Positions 12,567-25,885 are shown, counted from the whole stretch's first letter. The stretch is DNA of 63,973 nucleotides, filler included, from Reclinomonas americana ATCC 50394 (GCA_048213135.1; 14 parts of 6 records of this genome joined end to end with filler, not necessarily neighbours in it); one strand, 5' to 3'. A program made the numbers and translations. Notes: a model not told the origin generated them from the sequence alone.

Positions 12567-14963
12567 CCGGCGATGCCTCCTCACCACCCGCTGCACCGGC
12601 TGACGGCGATGCGGCCGCAAGAGCTGCAGCCTCACCACCCGCCGCCGCCGCAGCAGCAGCCGGAGCGGCACCAGAAGGCGAAGTGGCAGCAGCCGCAGCC
12701 GGCGACGCGACCAGCTTCTCCTCAATCTTCTTGTCCACCTCGTGCACATCAATGCCACGCTCCGCCAGCACCTGCTCACGCGGCTTGGCCGCGCCGAAAA
12801 TGCTCGACGGTCGTTGATCCGCAAGCTAACACAAGAAACAAGTGTGAGGGAAAGGGAACGACTCATGAGTACAGAGTGAAAAAGCGCGCAACAGTGTTCA
12901 GGGGCGCATCGGTGCTGCGCGGGGCCAGGTGGAGCACCGGGCGCGGCTTGGCCGGCTCGGCGCCACTGCTGTGTGGCCTGTCAAACGCTGCAGCGGAAGA
13001 GAGGAAGGAGGCGGAGTCAGCAGTTGCACCAGGCAAAAAGAACATAAAAAAACGAAACAGCGCTGTGGTCGGAGCTCACGACGCGGTCTCTCGGCGTTGA
13101 AGACGTTGACGTACAGCTTGTTGGCACGGAGAGGCTGGCGGAAGCGAGAGGGGTGGGAGGTGAGTGCGCGGGCGACGCATGTGGAGTGAATGAGAGACAG
13201 AAAATGTGCTTGCTCACGATTCCATCCTTGGCCACGGCCGCCTTCAGTGCGTCGAGGCTGTTGAACTGCACGTATGCATAGGGGCGGTCGGTTTGGAACA
13301 AACGAATGTCCTCGACGCTCTCCTGCAAGCACACCAGTGGGTGAGTCGAAGCGCTCCACACACACACACGGGCGACCGGCGGGCGAGCGAAACTCCAATG
13401 TCCTGGAAAAAGTGGAAAATGTCGTCCTCCGTGGTCTTGTCGTCGATGCGGTCGACGTACACGGCAAACGGCGGTCCCTCCGGCAACACCACCGGCGGTC
13501 GGGTCGACGACGGTGGCGCAGCACCACCTTCGCGATCGCGACCGAACGAGTACTCGCGACGCTGTGCCATGGAAAGAGAGTCAACAACACGAAGACGCTG
13601 CTTCCTTGCCAGATGACGACGAAACTGGGCGGTCCTGGCGAGACTCTGGCGGCGGGCCCGACGGCACCTCGCCCCTGCGCACATCACCCCAGTCCAAGTC
13701 GTCGCGGGGAGGCGGGCTGTTGGACAATGATCAACGATGACAAACGTGAGTCTCGTCAGCCACGCAAATAGGCGCACACATGCCACACGCACCGCTCGCC
13801 ACGGCCGCCCTCACGCGGTCCACCAAAGCGATCACCGCCACGATCACCGCCACGATCGCCACCACCGTAGCGATCGCCGCCACCACGGTCGCCACCACCA
13901 TAGCGATCTCCGCCGCCACGGTCGCCACCTCCGTAGCGATCGCCGCCGCCGCGGTCGCCACCACCACCAAAGCGATCGCCACCGCCGCGGTCGCCACCGT
14001 ACGAACGGCGTTCGCCGCCACCGCCGTACCGGTCGCCGCCACCGCGATCGCCACCACCATAACGATCACCGCCACCAAAGCGATCGCCACCACCACGATC
14101 GCCACCACCACCACCACCCCTCGGAGGAGGCGGACCCTCGCCGCCCGAGCGCCAATTGCTGCTGGTCTCGGAGCGAGTCGGGCCGGCATCGGCCTCGTCC
14201 TCACCACCAGCATCGCTGCGCTCACGACGCCGATCACCACCGCGTTCACGATCGCCGCCCGCCCACGCACCACCTCGCGGAGGCTGATACGCATTGGGGT
14301 TGGGCGCCGAACCGCCGCCCGAGCCAAGATTCGGCAGATTCGACGACAGGCCAAGAATGTCTGCATTACGCACAGCATGATCAGCTGCTGCCAAATCACA
14401 CACACACGATGCCAGCAAGCAAGCAAGCATGCACACACCATCGTCACCGGCATCGGCCCAGCTGCGCTCTGTGCGTGTGTGCACACGAATGACAGGAGTG
14501 GTGTGAGTGAACATTCCTCCTCTCTCTCATTGTGCTCTCCCGTGTGGAATATCGCAAGAGCAGGCGACTCAACTGGGATCCACCATGCCCGACAGCACCA
14601 CTGTCTTGCTGCCCTTCTTATCCTTCTTCTTGTCCTTCTTGCCCTTGCCGCCGGCCTCGTCGCCGCCGCCACCCGCAGCGCCACCAGAGGCCCACTCTGC
14701 GCAAACCAAAAAAGGACAGTCATTAGCATCTCTCACACACAAGAGAAAGTTGCGTGTGTATGTGAGGGGCTAAATCGAGGAGAGTGCGTGTGTGTGTGTG
14801 CTGGCGTGCTGCTGCCGATGTGCATGCCGACGCACATTTCGCACACAAAACACACGCTTTTATCCCCCGCGCTGCCTCTCTCCGCCCCCACTCTGCCACC
14901 AACACACAACGCGCACACACACAGGCGAAGCAGACACGCACCGTCAAGATCCCGATCGCCCAT
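12567..14963 (-). CDS. EIF4B: Translation initiation factor eIF4B-like (runs into a gap at the 3' end)
   Basis: SWAD motif, GGDRY/GGDRF repeats (13800-14120), RRM LPEGPPFAVYVDRI...RPYAYVQF and C-terminal SIFGAAKPREQVLAERGIDVHEVDKKIE. Confidence 0.8.
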
Positions 14964-16343
14964 TGTTGCAAATGAAAAGTTCCGATTAAGGGACAGTCAC
15001 CGCGCGAGCGGGACTGTCCGCTGTATTCACTCACACACTCACACACTCAGGAGGCGAGACACACGCGTTCGCACATACAGAGAGAGCGGGCGTCTCACAT
15101 AGCGTGTCTCTCGCGTTGTGCTGGTCGGTTTGCGCGCAATGATGCAGCAAGGTGTGAAAGTGTGCCAGTTTGACCGAGATCTTCTCTCTCTCGTGTGTGT
15201 ACTCTTCTGTGCGTGTGCGTGTGTGTGTGCGAGAGAGTGAGAGAGTGTGTGTGCGCGCGCGTGCGTTTGTTCATCGCACGCAGAGTCTACGGTGACTGCG
15301 TCCACAAATGCACTCGCGCGCGCGAAAAACGACACAGAAACAGAGCGGAAAAGAGCGACTTCTCACGCGCGCGCACAGACATGACGCGTTGTGTGTGTGA
15401 GTGAGTGCGTGTGTGCGAGCGAGCGAGAGCAGTACTTGTCTCTACCACGCACACGTGCACTTGTTCGCGAATAGGTCATTATTGACCAGCAGTGATTGAT
15501 TGCCTCATCACTCAATCACACTCATTTCGCACACACTCATTTTCTCTCATTCTCTCAGCTGCGCGATCGATTGACGAGGCGCTGGCGATGTTGCCGCGTG
15601 GGCAGGCGTGGGATGTGGAGTCGGTGACCAACGAGGTGGGCGATGAGAGCTCACAAAATCACTCGCACTCTCTCTCTTTCTCAATCTTTTGTGTGTGCGC
15701 GCGCGTCAGCTCNNNNNNNNNNNNNNNNNNNNNNNNNNNNNNNNNNNNNNNNNNNNNNNNNNNNNNNNNNNNNNNNNNNNNNNNNNNNNNNNNNNNNNNN
15801 NNNNNNNNNNNNNNNNNNNNNNNNNNNNNNNNNNNNNNNNNNNNNNNNNNNNNNNNNNNNNNNNNNNNNNNNNNNNNNNNNNNNNNNNNNNNNNNNNNNN
15901 NNNNNNNNNNNNNNNNNNNNNNNNNNNNNNNNNNNNNNNNNNNNNNNNNNNNNNNNNNNNNNNNNNNNNNNNNNNNNNNNNNNNNNNNNNNNNNNNNNNN
16001 NNNNNNNNNNNNNNNNNNNNNNNNNNNNNNNNNNNNNNNNNNNNNNNNNNNNNNNNNNNNNNNNNNNNNNNNNNNNNNNNNNNNNNNNNNNNNNNNNNNN
16101 NNNNNNNNNNNNNNNNNNNNNNNNNNNNNNNNNNNNNNNNNNNNNNNNNNNNNNNNNNNNNNNNNNNNNNNNNNNNNNNNNNNNNNNNNNNNNNNNNNNN
16201 NNNNNNNNNNNNNNNNNNNNNNNNNNNNNNNNNNNNNNNNNNNNNNNNNNNNNNNNNNNNNNNNNNNNNNNNNNNNNNNNNNNNNNNNNNNNNNNNNNNN
16301 NNNNNNNNNNNNNNNNNNNNNNNNNNNNNNNNNNNNNNNNNNN

Positions 16344-18155
16344 GCAGCATGGCCTCGGTAACCGGAGCCGATGTGGGTGGCAGTGGTGTGATACTTCCTG
16401 GTCGACCACCGCCACTACCACCTCCGCTGCCACCGCCGCCGCCAGCAGCAGTGACGCCGCCACCACCTGCACCAGCGCTGCCAAATGAAGCGGCCGCAGC
16501 CGCCGCAGCCGCAGCAGCTGCAGCAGCAACCGAAGTGGGATTGGTGACGCCTTGAGGCGAGAGGAAGCTGCCCGTGACCACGGTGGCACTGACGCTGTTC
16601 TGGTTGCCGGCACCGAGCATGTCGGCAATGCTGGACGGCGCACCAGCGGCGGCAGCGCCATTGGCGGCCGCCGTCATTCCCGTCGTCCCCGGTGTGTTGG
16701 CCGACATGATCCCAGTCGGCGAGGTTCCGGGCGACGACGAAGGTGAACTGCTGGAGCCGACGCCACCGTTGGAGATGGCCGGTGACCGACCGAGCTGAAA
16801 CTGTTGCTGTTGCTGCTGCTGCTGCTGATGTGAGGGCGGGAACATCATGCCAGGTGGTGGTGACGGATGGAAAGACTGCATCTGAGTTCCCGGCAGCATG
16901 GGCAACCCGCTGAAGGTGCCGGCAGACATGCCGGTCTCAAACTGCTGCAGCGAGGGCATACCCACCGGCTGCGGGACCCCTGCAGCCGCCGCAGCAGCAG
17001 CAACGGCAGCGGCGGCGGCGGCAGCAGCCGTTCCCGATGACGCCGACGAGGGCGATTGCGACAGCGGCGACGTTCCACCACCTGTAGGCGTCGCCGCTGT
17101 CAGCTGCACGGCAGATGCCATGCGAGACAATTGACTGGCAACATGTGAGCCGCCAGGTAGCGAACCGTACATGGCATGCAAGCCGGCCAGGTGCGATGCC
17201 AGCCCAGCATTCGGAAACGGCGACTGCATGCCACCGGCAACAGCGGAAGCCACACCAGCAGCCGTATTGTCCATCGACGGCGACATGGCCATCGCTCCTG
17301 GTGCGAGTTGCGGCTGCACGGCCGCCGGCTGCTCTGTAGAGTTGCGACGCTTGCTGACCGGTGCGCCCATGGACTCATTGAGAGGCGCCGCCGGCTCCCT
17401 CTTGCGTGAGCCCGGCAGCGACGATGGACCGTTGGCCTAATAAAACAACAAACAAACAGTGAGCAGAGAGCAAACGGCAAGATACACGCAAGCTCCATTC
17501 GGCGACAGTGATGCGTCACCTGCTGCTGCCGCATTTGCGATGGAGGTGCGAAACCGCCGGCCGCGGCCGAAGCATCGCCGCCGCCTGCCGACATCATGGA
17601 CGGTATGTTTTGCGCCATGCCGCCGTTAGCCAGGCCGCCCGGACCTCCACGGTTCTGCTGCTGTTCAGTGCAAGAAAAGGTGAGTGGCAAAACCAAGGTG
17701 AAGAGAGAGAGAGAGAGAGTGACGGCGGACACCAACCAGTGGCATCATGGATGGCACGTCGCCCGGACCCATCATGGTCTGCACATGCGCACGCACGCAC
17801 ACACAGTAACGGTAAGTACCTCACAGACAGCGTAGAGTAACAGACAACCACGCGCATGCTACCTCTTGCAGCGCCGCCACAGGCTCCATCAGGCGACGAA
17901 GGTACGACTGTGGACAAGTGGGTTAGCTATTTTCGTGGCCACGGCAATGCAAAACGTCAGGTGAATCCACGCAACTTGGTTCATCGATACCATCTCAATG
18001 TCGCGCGTCTTATCGAATTCAATGTGCTGTGCAGACGGGAGTCGTGAGCACAGCAGACCCATGGTTTGTTCGGCCGACAAGCGCCAGCATTCATAAAACG
18101 GGGACAGCACACGACACCCAGCAGGCACAGCGGACGACACGTTGGAGAACGACGC
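16344..18155 (-). CDS. Low-complexity Q/M/P/A/G-rich protein, part 1 (function unknown)
   Basis: Long open reading with poly-A/Q/G tracts (17370-16344). Upstream short exons such as HIEFDKTRDIEMVSMNQ|SYLRRLMEPVAALQE have phase-compatible GT-AG borders. Confidence 0.55.
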
Positions 18156-18694
18156 TAGCACAAGAAAGACAGAAGCGCAAGACTCGAACTGCTCGCCGGC
18201 CTTAAGGGGAAAGGGAAAAAAGAGAAATCGAGCAATCATTTGTTCGCATTCGGATCGCACTCCGTACAGCGGCCACCAGCACCACCAGCAAGCAGCGATG
18301 ATGAGAAGGGTCGCGAAGACAGACATGCAGTTCACGAGAAACAGACGACGATGGAAAGGAAGCTTGCGAAAAACCAACACCATCACAAAAATCATGAAAA
18401 GCAGAGGCCATGCGCGGACGCGTGGAGAGGTATGCCAGGGAGCGCACACACACAGGAGTGAGTGGAACAGGAGAGGGAAATGAAGAGGAGGAGGGAGAAG
18501 AAGAAGAAGAAGAAGAAGAAGAAGAGAGAAGGGGCCCAAGCTGTGCTGGAAAGAACACAAAGAATCTTTGTTTCTCGGCGAAAATCGCTCCCACNNNNNN
18601 NNNNNNNNNNNNNNNNNNNNNNNNNNNNNNNNNNNNNNTTAATTAATTAANNNNNNNNNNNNNNNNNNNNNNNNNNNNNNNNNNNNNNNNNNNN

Positions 18695-19595
18695 ATCACC
18701 GCAGCAGCAGCAGCAGCAGCAGCAGCAGTTTTCGCAAATGTCCATGCCGGGCATGAATGCGGCAGCCACGGTGCCGGCGGGTATGATGCGAATGACGCCC
18801 ACGCAGTTTGGGACGATGCCAGTGCAGTTTGGCGCCGGTTCGCAGTTTTCTTCGGGCACCGGACCCGGTGACATGCCGATGATGCCAGGCGGGGCGTCGA
18901 TGCCGGGAGGCATGCAGTTATTCACGATGCCGACGTCGAACATGCCCAACTTTTCCATGCCGCAGCTGCCGGGGGCCACCGGGCAGTTCATGGCCCCGGT
19001 GCCTGCTCCGCCCGGTCATATGCAGCAGCAGTTCAACCGGCTGCACACGCCTCAGCAGCCGCAAGTACCGTCAATGCCGCAGATGCCACTTCAGCAAGTC
19101 ACCGCACCCCAGGCAGCTGCAGCGTACTTTTCGTCGATGATGGGCACGCCGCCGGGAGCACCGTACGGACCTCAGCCGCCAAGCACGCTGCGTTTCGCCG
19201 CCGGCATGCCCACTGGACCCACACCGGCCGGCTCCACTGCAACCACCACGAACACCACTGCCACCGCCATGCCGAGCGTGAATGGCGGCGCCGCCATGAT
19301 GATGCCCGGCGGTCATTCACTCGTGCAACCGCAGCAGCAACAGCAGCAGCAGCCGCAGCAGCAACACATGATGATGTCGTTGCCGCCGGGGATGATGAAC
19401 CAGTTCATGATGACGACGGCGGGTTCACCGGGCATGCCTGGTGCACCGCCTTCCATGATGCCGCAGCTGGCGCCGCACGGGAATCTCCCTGGCATGATGC
19501 CTACCGGTGCTATGGGTCCACTAAGCATACCGCAGCCATCGCCACAGTTTGCCGGAGCACCCACATTCATGGGCACTAGTACGCCTCCACCTCAG

Positions 19596-19626
<31 letters not shown>

Positions 19627-20077
19627 GACAGTCACCTTCATCGTTGTCGGGCACGTCGTCGCAACCACAACAGCAGTCGTCGCAGCAACAACAACAGCCA
19701 ACGTCGCGACAATCGATGCACAATGGTGGTGGCGGTGGCGCCGTGGCTGCCAGTTCTCCGCGTGGTGGTCTTGCTGGCAGCGGCTCAGCGTTGACGGCGC
19801 TGGCCTCGAGTCCCGCTCCTGCCACGGCTCCGGCGCCTCCTGTGCACGATCCGCCCAACAGCACGACCAATGGTATGCCTACGTCGGTGAGCAGTGCGCA
19901 AGTCAATGGTAACGACACGTCTGCGCCAAGTGGGGTCATTTCCAACGAGGCACTCGGCTACGGCCTGTTTGAGGAGCTGCGAGACCAGGATGTTTTTAAT
20001 ACGGTACATTATTGGATGCCGTCGCCTCGTGTTAGGCGAACGACTGACTGACTCGTTGTACTTCACAGACCATGTAA
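18695..20077 (+). CDS. Low-complexity Q/M/P-rich protein, part 2 (possibly the same gene as 16344-18155)
   Basis: About 1.3 kb open frame from the gap, with poly-Q and M/P-rich repeats, ending ...FEELRDQDVFNT|TM* through a short last intron (stop 20075-20077). Confidence 0.6.
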
Positions 20078-20241
20078 TGTTGAGGATGTATGCAGCCGTC
20101 AGGCGTAGGAAAATATTTGTAAACAGTGAAGCAATCCCCCCGTGTGTATGGATGGAGTCAAACACATTAACTTGATTTTTCACATGGGGAGTTGCTAAAG
20201 AAGAAAAGTGTGAAAGCGTGTGTATGTGCACCTTTCGAGAC

Positions 20242-22769
20242 CTATCGGTTCTGCGGCCGACCACGACCACCGGCTGGTGGGCCGGAGGAGGAGGCGGCTG
20301 GAGCGGCGGCCGAAGGCGCCTGCTGTGTCTTCTGATAGGCGCTGAGCCAGTTGCGCTGCTTCTCCTCTGTCTGCCGAATGGTGAACGCGGTGTGCTCGTT
20401 CATGGCCACGCGGATGTCGACCACTTCCTTCAACATGCCTACTCACACGCACTACTAAGCGACCGGACTCTCCCACAAACAGAGAAGCAGCACTGACCGC
20501 AAAACACTGCCCACACGCCACCGCGCTGTCCGGCCTCGTTGGCCAACACCTGCGCATCCTTCTGGATTTCGTGAAGCAACGACGTGCCGAGCTGCGCTCG
20601 ATCGAAAGAAAGAAAGAAACAGTCAGTGACAATGGTCAGGCGCAGGAGTAAAAAAAATAGACACATACTCGAACCTCCAGCAGTTGCAGGGGCGACAGGT
20701 GACGGTTTCGCGGATTGAGGTACTTGATGTCGGCCTCGGTGGTGCGCTGCCAGATGGAGAGCACGCGCGAGAACACCTCCTGTGCCTCCGGCGACGAGAG
20801 CAAGATCTCGTCATCTGACAACACAATGTGCTCAAACTCGTCGGCAATGTCGGCGGTCTCGTCCAGTGCCTCCGCCGTCTCCGGCACATCAATGGCCGAC
20901 ACGTCGCGCAATTGCTGTGCCCGGAGTCAGTTTGATGAGTGGAGCCCGTCACATCTCTGTCTTGTATCATGTGAGAGACGCAACCTCCTCCACGGCGCCG
21001 CGCTGCTTCATGGACCACAGAATCTTCTTTGCACGGGCCAACTCTGCTTCCCTCTCGTCCAGCTCCAAGTTCAAGTTCTGCGACAGAGTTGGCACACATC
21101 GATCAAACACACCGGCTCGGTACCTCCCTCACCTCCACGTCCTCGGCAAACGTGTCAAACTGCGCCAGCTGCTCTCGTAGCATGGCCACTTCACGCTCCA
21201 ACTGTCGGCGCGACGACACATCAGACAACGAAGCGCAACCTCTCCTACCTCTCGCTGTTCACGGCCACTCACCCGCTCGTTGGCCTTTTGCAGCTCCTCG
21301 TTCTCGGTACGCACCGTGACACTCTCCTCGGCCACCATCTGCAGCGTCTTGGAGCCCTGCTCAATCTCGGTCTCGATCCGCGTCACCTCCGCCTCCAGCT
21401 CGCGACTCTCGTGATCGGTGCCCTTCAGCCGCTCAATCTCCGCTCGATACGCATCCACCTCACGCAGCAGCTCCTCCGCACGGTCTTGCAACCGCTTGTG
21501 CGCCTTGTTGTTGTGCTGCGCATATATCAGCATGGTCAGCGGGGGCGATGATCATCTCGTGTCGCGAAATGAACGCGCTGTTTCACCTCAATCGCCTGCA
21601 ACTGCGACGTCAACTGCGCATTCTGCTCCTCCAACAACTCGCGTCGCTGCTGGCACATGAACTCCGACTCTTGCACCGAATGCAGCTGATCGCGCAACTC
21701 CCGGTTCTCTCTCCGCTGCTCATCGAGCTTCTCCGTGAGCACCACCTGAGAATGGGAGTGAGTGGTGCACACAAGCGCGACTGAGTGCACGAAAAGGTAC
21801 GCGAATCACCGTGTCGGTGTCGGCCATGGAGGCGACAGCAGTCACCAGGAACAACCCGGCCTCTGACGAATGACAACAAGTTGTGAGTCAGAAACGAAGA
21901 TGATGATGATGACGATGAATGACGAAAGGTCAACTCGCACGCACCAAGTGCCGCACGCAGCGACGCCGACAGCTCACCAGACGCTGCGCGTACAAAGGAC
22001 AACACACATAGAGAGCGCGCGCGAGATGTGTGACGACATGTCCGTGTGCGCACGCAAGAGACAACACCTTGCCCCCACTCTCGCACTCACCCTCATGGTG
22101 CTTGCCAAACACATCCTGATGCAGTCGCGCCAACCGCTTGATCTCCGCCTGCGCCTGTGCCACACTCGTCACTTGCGTTGTCGTCGAAGTTGTCTGCTGC
22201 TGCTGTTGCTGCTGCTGTTGTTGTTGTTGCCGCTCAGCAGCCGCCGAGTGACGTGCCATGGCCTCGGCCAGACGTCCCTTACGCTGCGGCGTGCCCAGTG
22301 CATCCAACACGGGCGGGATCACTCCATCATCATCATCATCATCATCTCCCACAAGATCATCATCATCATCCTCTGCTGCTGCTGGCGGTGGTGGCGGCGG
22401 CTGCGGCAACGACAGTGTGTTTGGAGGCGAGGCCACAGCCACGGCCACGGCGACCTTTGGCGCCGCAGCCACTGCCACACGCGATGACGACGATGCAGTC
22501 ACCGGCGGCAACATAAAGTCGCCACCGCCCGCATGATGAGGATCGTCGTTGATGACTGTGCCGGCGTAGCGCATGGCCGAGCGGCGATTGGAGGGAATGC
22601 CACTGCCGGTGGCGTCGTCGGTGAGCTCTATTCTGCGTCCGCTGTCGTCGTCGCCGGTGCGCGACGAGAAGGCCGGTGAGGACGGCAGTGGCGAGTCCAG
22701 TGGACCGACTGACGCGGCTGCGGCGGCTGCGGCTGCGGCGGCTGTACCACGTGGTGCGCGCTCCGTCAT
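20242..22769 (-). CDS. Uncharacterised coiled-coil protein with a low-complexity N-terminus
   Basis: MTERAPRG... start at 22769. Multiple GT-AG exons with heptad-rich segments (EKLDEQRRENRELRDQLHSVQE; RLQDRAEELLREVDAYRAEIERLK). Confidence 0.7.
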
Positions 22770-22844
22770 GTGCTTGGGAGAGACAAGAGATTCACAGGAC
22801 GGTCGGAAGGACAACTTTCGTTGCGGGCAAGGGAGCGCGCCTCG

Positions 22845-23878
22845 ATGACGCACAACTTTGAGCGTGATGTGTGGTGGAAGGAGGGCCTGTTGACGGCTGG
22901 AGTCGGCGTGCTGTTTGGCGTGACCAACGCCGTGGTCGGATCTCCTTTTGATGTGATCAAGGTTCGACTTCGTGCTCTCTTTCCGTTGCTCTCTCGCTGC
23001 TGGCTGCTGACACTGTATGTGTGTGCATGTGCGTGTTGGCGTGCAGAGTAAGGTTCGCCTCCCGCGGCACACTCACTGACACACATACACGCGCGCGAAA
23101 TCGCTCAATGTGCGCACATTCCCAGATGCAAGCGCAGGCCGAGTTCATGCGCAGCAATCTCGGCATGACAAGTGTGGCCCGTCTCATCTGGAAGGGCGAG
23201 GTGCGCGTGTGTGGTCTCACTTGCCTTGACTTGTACTGATCATCACCTCCGACACAGGGCGTTCGCGGCTTTTTCCGCGGGTGCGTGTTTTTCTTTCCTT
23301 TTTGTGTTCCTTTTGTTCCGCATGTTGCTGAGTGAGTTGTGCGGGCGCAGGGTCGTACCACCGATGATGGGCAGCGGCATCTATCGATCGCTGCAGTTTG
23401 CGGCCTTTGAGGCCTTGTACACCAAGTGGAATCATGGATTGTGGTTATCGACCATCCCGTTTTCCGGTGGTCTGGAGGTGCGTGGTGGAGTGTGTTGGCG
23501 CGTACACTCACCTTCCCGCTGGAGTGCCTGAGTCCGTGCTTGTCTTCTGCCCAGTTGCGTGTGCTGGCGGGCGGCATCGCGTCGGCCACGTCGCGTGTTA
23601 TTGTGGAGAGCCCTGTGGAGTACATCAAGGGTCTGCCGCTGCGAGTCTCGCATGCCGTGTGAGGCGAGTGAAGGACACTCACCGCGTGACTCGTGGCAGT
23701 GAAACGGCAGACAGGTCAAACGTGGCACTTACGCGAGGTGTATCAAGGTGGGGGCAGGAGAACGAGGAAGGGAGAGAACCTCTGTGCGTTTACTCACTCT
23801 CTTCCCATGCCACAGGCTTCACCATGCAGTGGGGCCGCACATGCGGTCTCATGACCACCTACTTTGTGTTATTTGATA
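22845..23878 (+). CDS. Mitochondrial carrier (SLC25) family protein, 5' part
   Basis: Carrier signatures PFDVIKSKMQ, EGVRGFFRG and PVEYIKVKRQ across short exons. Confidence 0.9.
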
Positions 23879-24127
23879 NNNNNNNNNNNNNNNNNNNNNN
23901 NNNNNNNNNNNNNNNNNNNNNNTTAATTAATTAANNNNNNNNNNNNNNNNNNNNNNNNNNNNNNNNNNNNNNNNNNNNATCGACTGACTGACGGACACAT
24001 TGCCTTTCTCTCTCCTGTGACGTCTTCGCGTTTCTCGTTGTTGTAGTCATTACATGTTCTCGTGTTTGTTGTTGTACAGTGAATTCCAGGCACACACTTC
24101 TATCGCGGGGATTGTTGAGAGGCGAAA

Positions 24128-24495
24128 TCACTTTCGCCAGCCGTGCTTGCTCAGCCACGACTGTGCCAGTTGCATCACCACCATGGCGGCACCGTTGCGC
24201 GTAAAGATGCTAATGGAACCGGGCAGAATGCCGCGGTACAGACTCCAGAAGCCACCCATGTGTTGCACGCGCTGCCGTAATGTGGGTCTGCGGACGGGTG
24301 AGAACGTGGAAGGGACACTCTTGCGTGCCAAAGAGTACACGCACTTTTCGATGCCCGGCACAATCGTGTTGGCCTGCACTTGATTCTTCAACGTCTCGAA
24401 GGGCCACACCAGCCAGAAGCCAATCATGGCGCAGCCGCCCGACGCCGCAAACTGCCCCACCTTGGACTCGAGCATGTTGGTGTGCCGCCTTAGCG
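24128..24495 (-). CDS. SLC25 carrier 3' part, on an inverted contig
   Basis: Third carrier repeat WPFETLKNQVQ...GFWSLYRGILPG...RNGAAMVVM...HGWRK*. It joins 23878 in frame when the contig is reverse-complemented. Confidence 0.85.
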
Positions 24496-24522
24496 NNNNN
24501 NNNNNNNNNNNNNNNTGCGGGC

Positions 24523-25800
24523 TCATTCGGCGGGCGGTAGTAGCGGTATCTCCTCTCCCGCTGGTGCTGCCGAGGCGGAAGACTCGCCAGCGCCCCTCGC
24601 GATCTCCAATTCGCGCGTCAACTTGGCCACTTGCCTGGCCAGCTCCAGTTCCCGCGTCAGTGTCGCGACTTGATTCGTCAGCTCCTCGTTTCGCCTCTGC
24701 AGCGCCGTAATCTGATCGCGCTGCAGCGCGATCGTGTTGACGAGATCGCGATGAAACTTGGTCGGCTGCGCACAGAATCAGTGCAAGCCTTCATGCACGC
24801 ACGAGGAGATACATACACACGCGCACCTGGATGGAGACCATGTGCTGCTGCTGTTGCTGCTGCTGCTGCGTCAGCTGTTGCTGCGGTTGACCGGCAGGTG
24901 GCGGCTCAAACGTCGCCCGGCTAATGAGCCCATCCATGGAGCCAAAGTCATCGAGGCTGCCGACACGCATCAGTGCCATGTAGTTGCCGTGTCCACCATT
25001 CGCGCCCTGTCCAGCAGCACCGCCACCCGCGGCCCACGCATCATCCGCACTCCGATGATGATGCGGCATACCAAACGACGGGACCTGTATGCAAGGAAAG
25101 GAATCGGCAAAGGGGAATACGAGGCCGACAGCAGCGAGGCCGGGAGCATACCTTTTGCAAGGCTACCGAGGAAGGCACCGGCAAGTATGCGCTCGATCCT
25201 GTCAGAGAGTGAGGCGGACGTGGCACAACAACAGCAGCAGCTGAGAGACGCACCGAGCAAGCTGCCACCCATCAAGTACTGCGAGGTGTTACGAGGTGGC
25301 GGAGGCACCACATTCTTCAGATCACGCGCACGCACCACATGCTGCCTCCTGTTACGCGCGCACACACACAGCAGACGAAGCTCAACACAAAATGATCGAT
25401 AACCGGAAGAATGTCGCAAGTAAACCTCTTGCGCAAGTGATTCTGTCGCTCCTGCTCCTTGGTGAGCAGGCGCCGTTCCTCGGCGTCCTCCAGTGCCTTG
25501 GCATCGGTCCATGTCTTGGGCTGCAAACGCATGAGACAGAGACGAAGAGAGAGCGCGCGCAAAGTGACTCAAGCATCACTCACGGGCACATAGGGCTTCT
25601 TGCGATGCCGATTGCGATACCGCTGACGATGCTTGCCTGTGAGAGAGCGTGTCACACACACACTCATACTCATCAACAAAGATGCACATGAACTGACCGC
25701 CTCCGTGCTCAGCCGCGCGTTTCTCACTGACCACCTGTGCACTGCGCACAAGCTCGCCTCCTACTACTGGTGGTGTGCCTGGAGCTGCATCAGCCTCCAT
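24523..25800 (-). CDS. HEXIM-like protein (putative P-TEFb/7SK regulator)
   Basis: Spliced product: ...GKHRQRYRNRHRKKPYVPPKTWTDAKALEDAEERR...VVPPPPRNTSQYLM...DDFGSMDGLISR...coiled coil LQRDQITALQRRNEELTNQVATLTRELELARQ*. The motif order matches HEXIM: basic KHRR, KPY-x-TW, PYNT-like, coiled coil. Confidence 0.65.
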
Positions 25801-25885
25801 GTTCGTTGTTGTTTCTCGCACAATGAGTGACAATCTCGCGCACACTCGTCGATCCATTGTTTGTTTGTGTTTTGTGTGCTGTGCA

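Noticed and set aside
13737..15102. His/Arg-rich and Thr/Ala-rich plus-strand ORFs
   Set aside because: Antisense shadows of the eIF4B GGDRY repeats.
21231..21245. GTTGCG at 21239(-) and GTTGTG at 46163(-) as further shifted donors
   Set aside because: Both fall inside introns opened by upstream canonical donors (GTGAGT, GTGCGA) that fit the frame, so I excluded them from the count.
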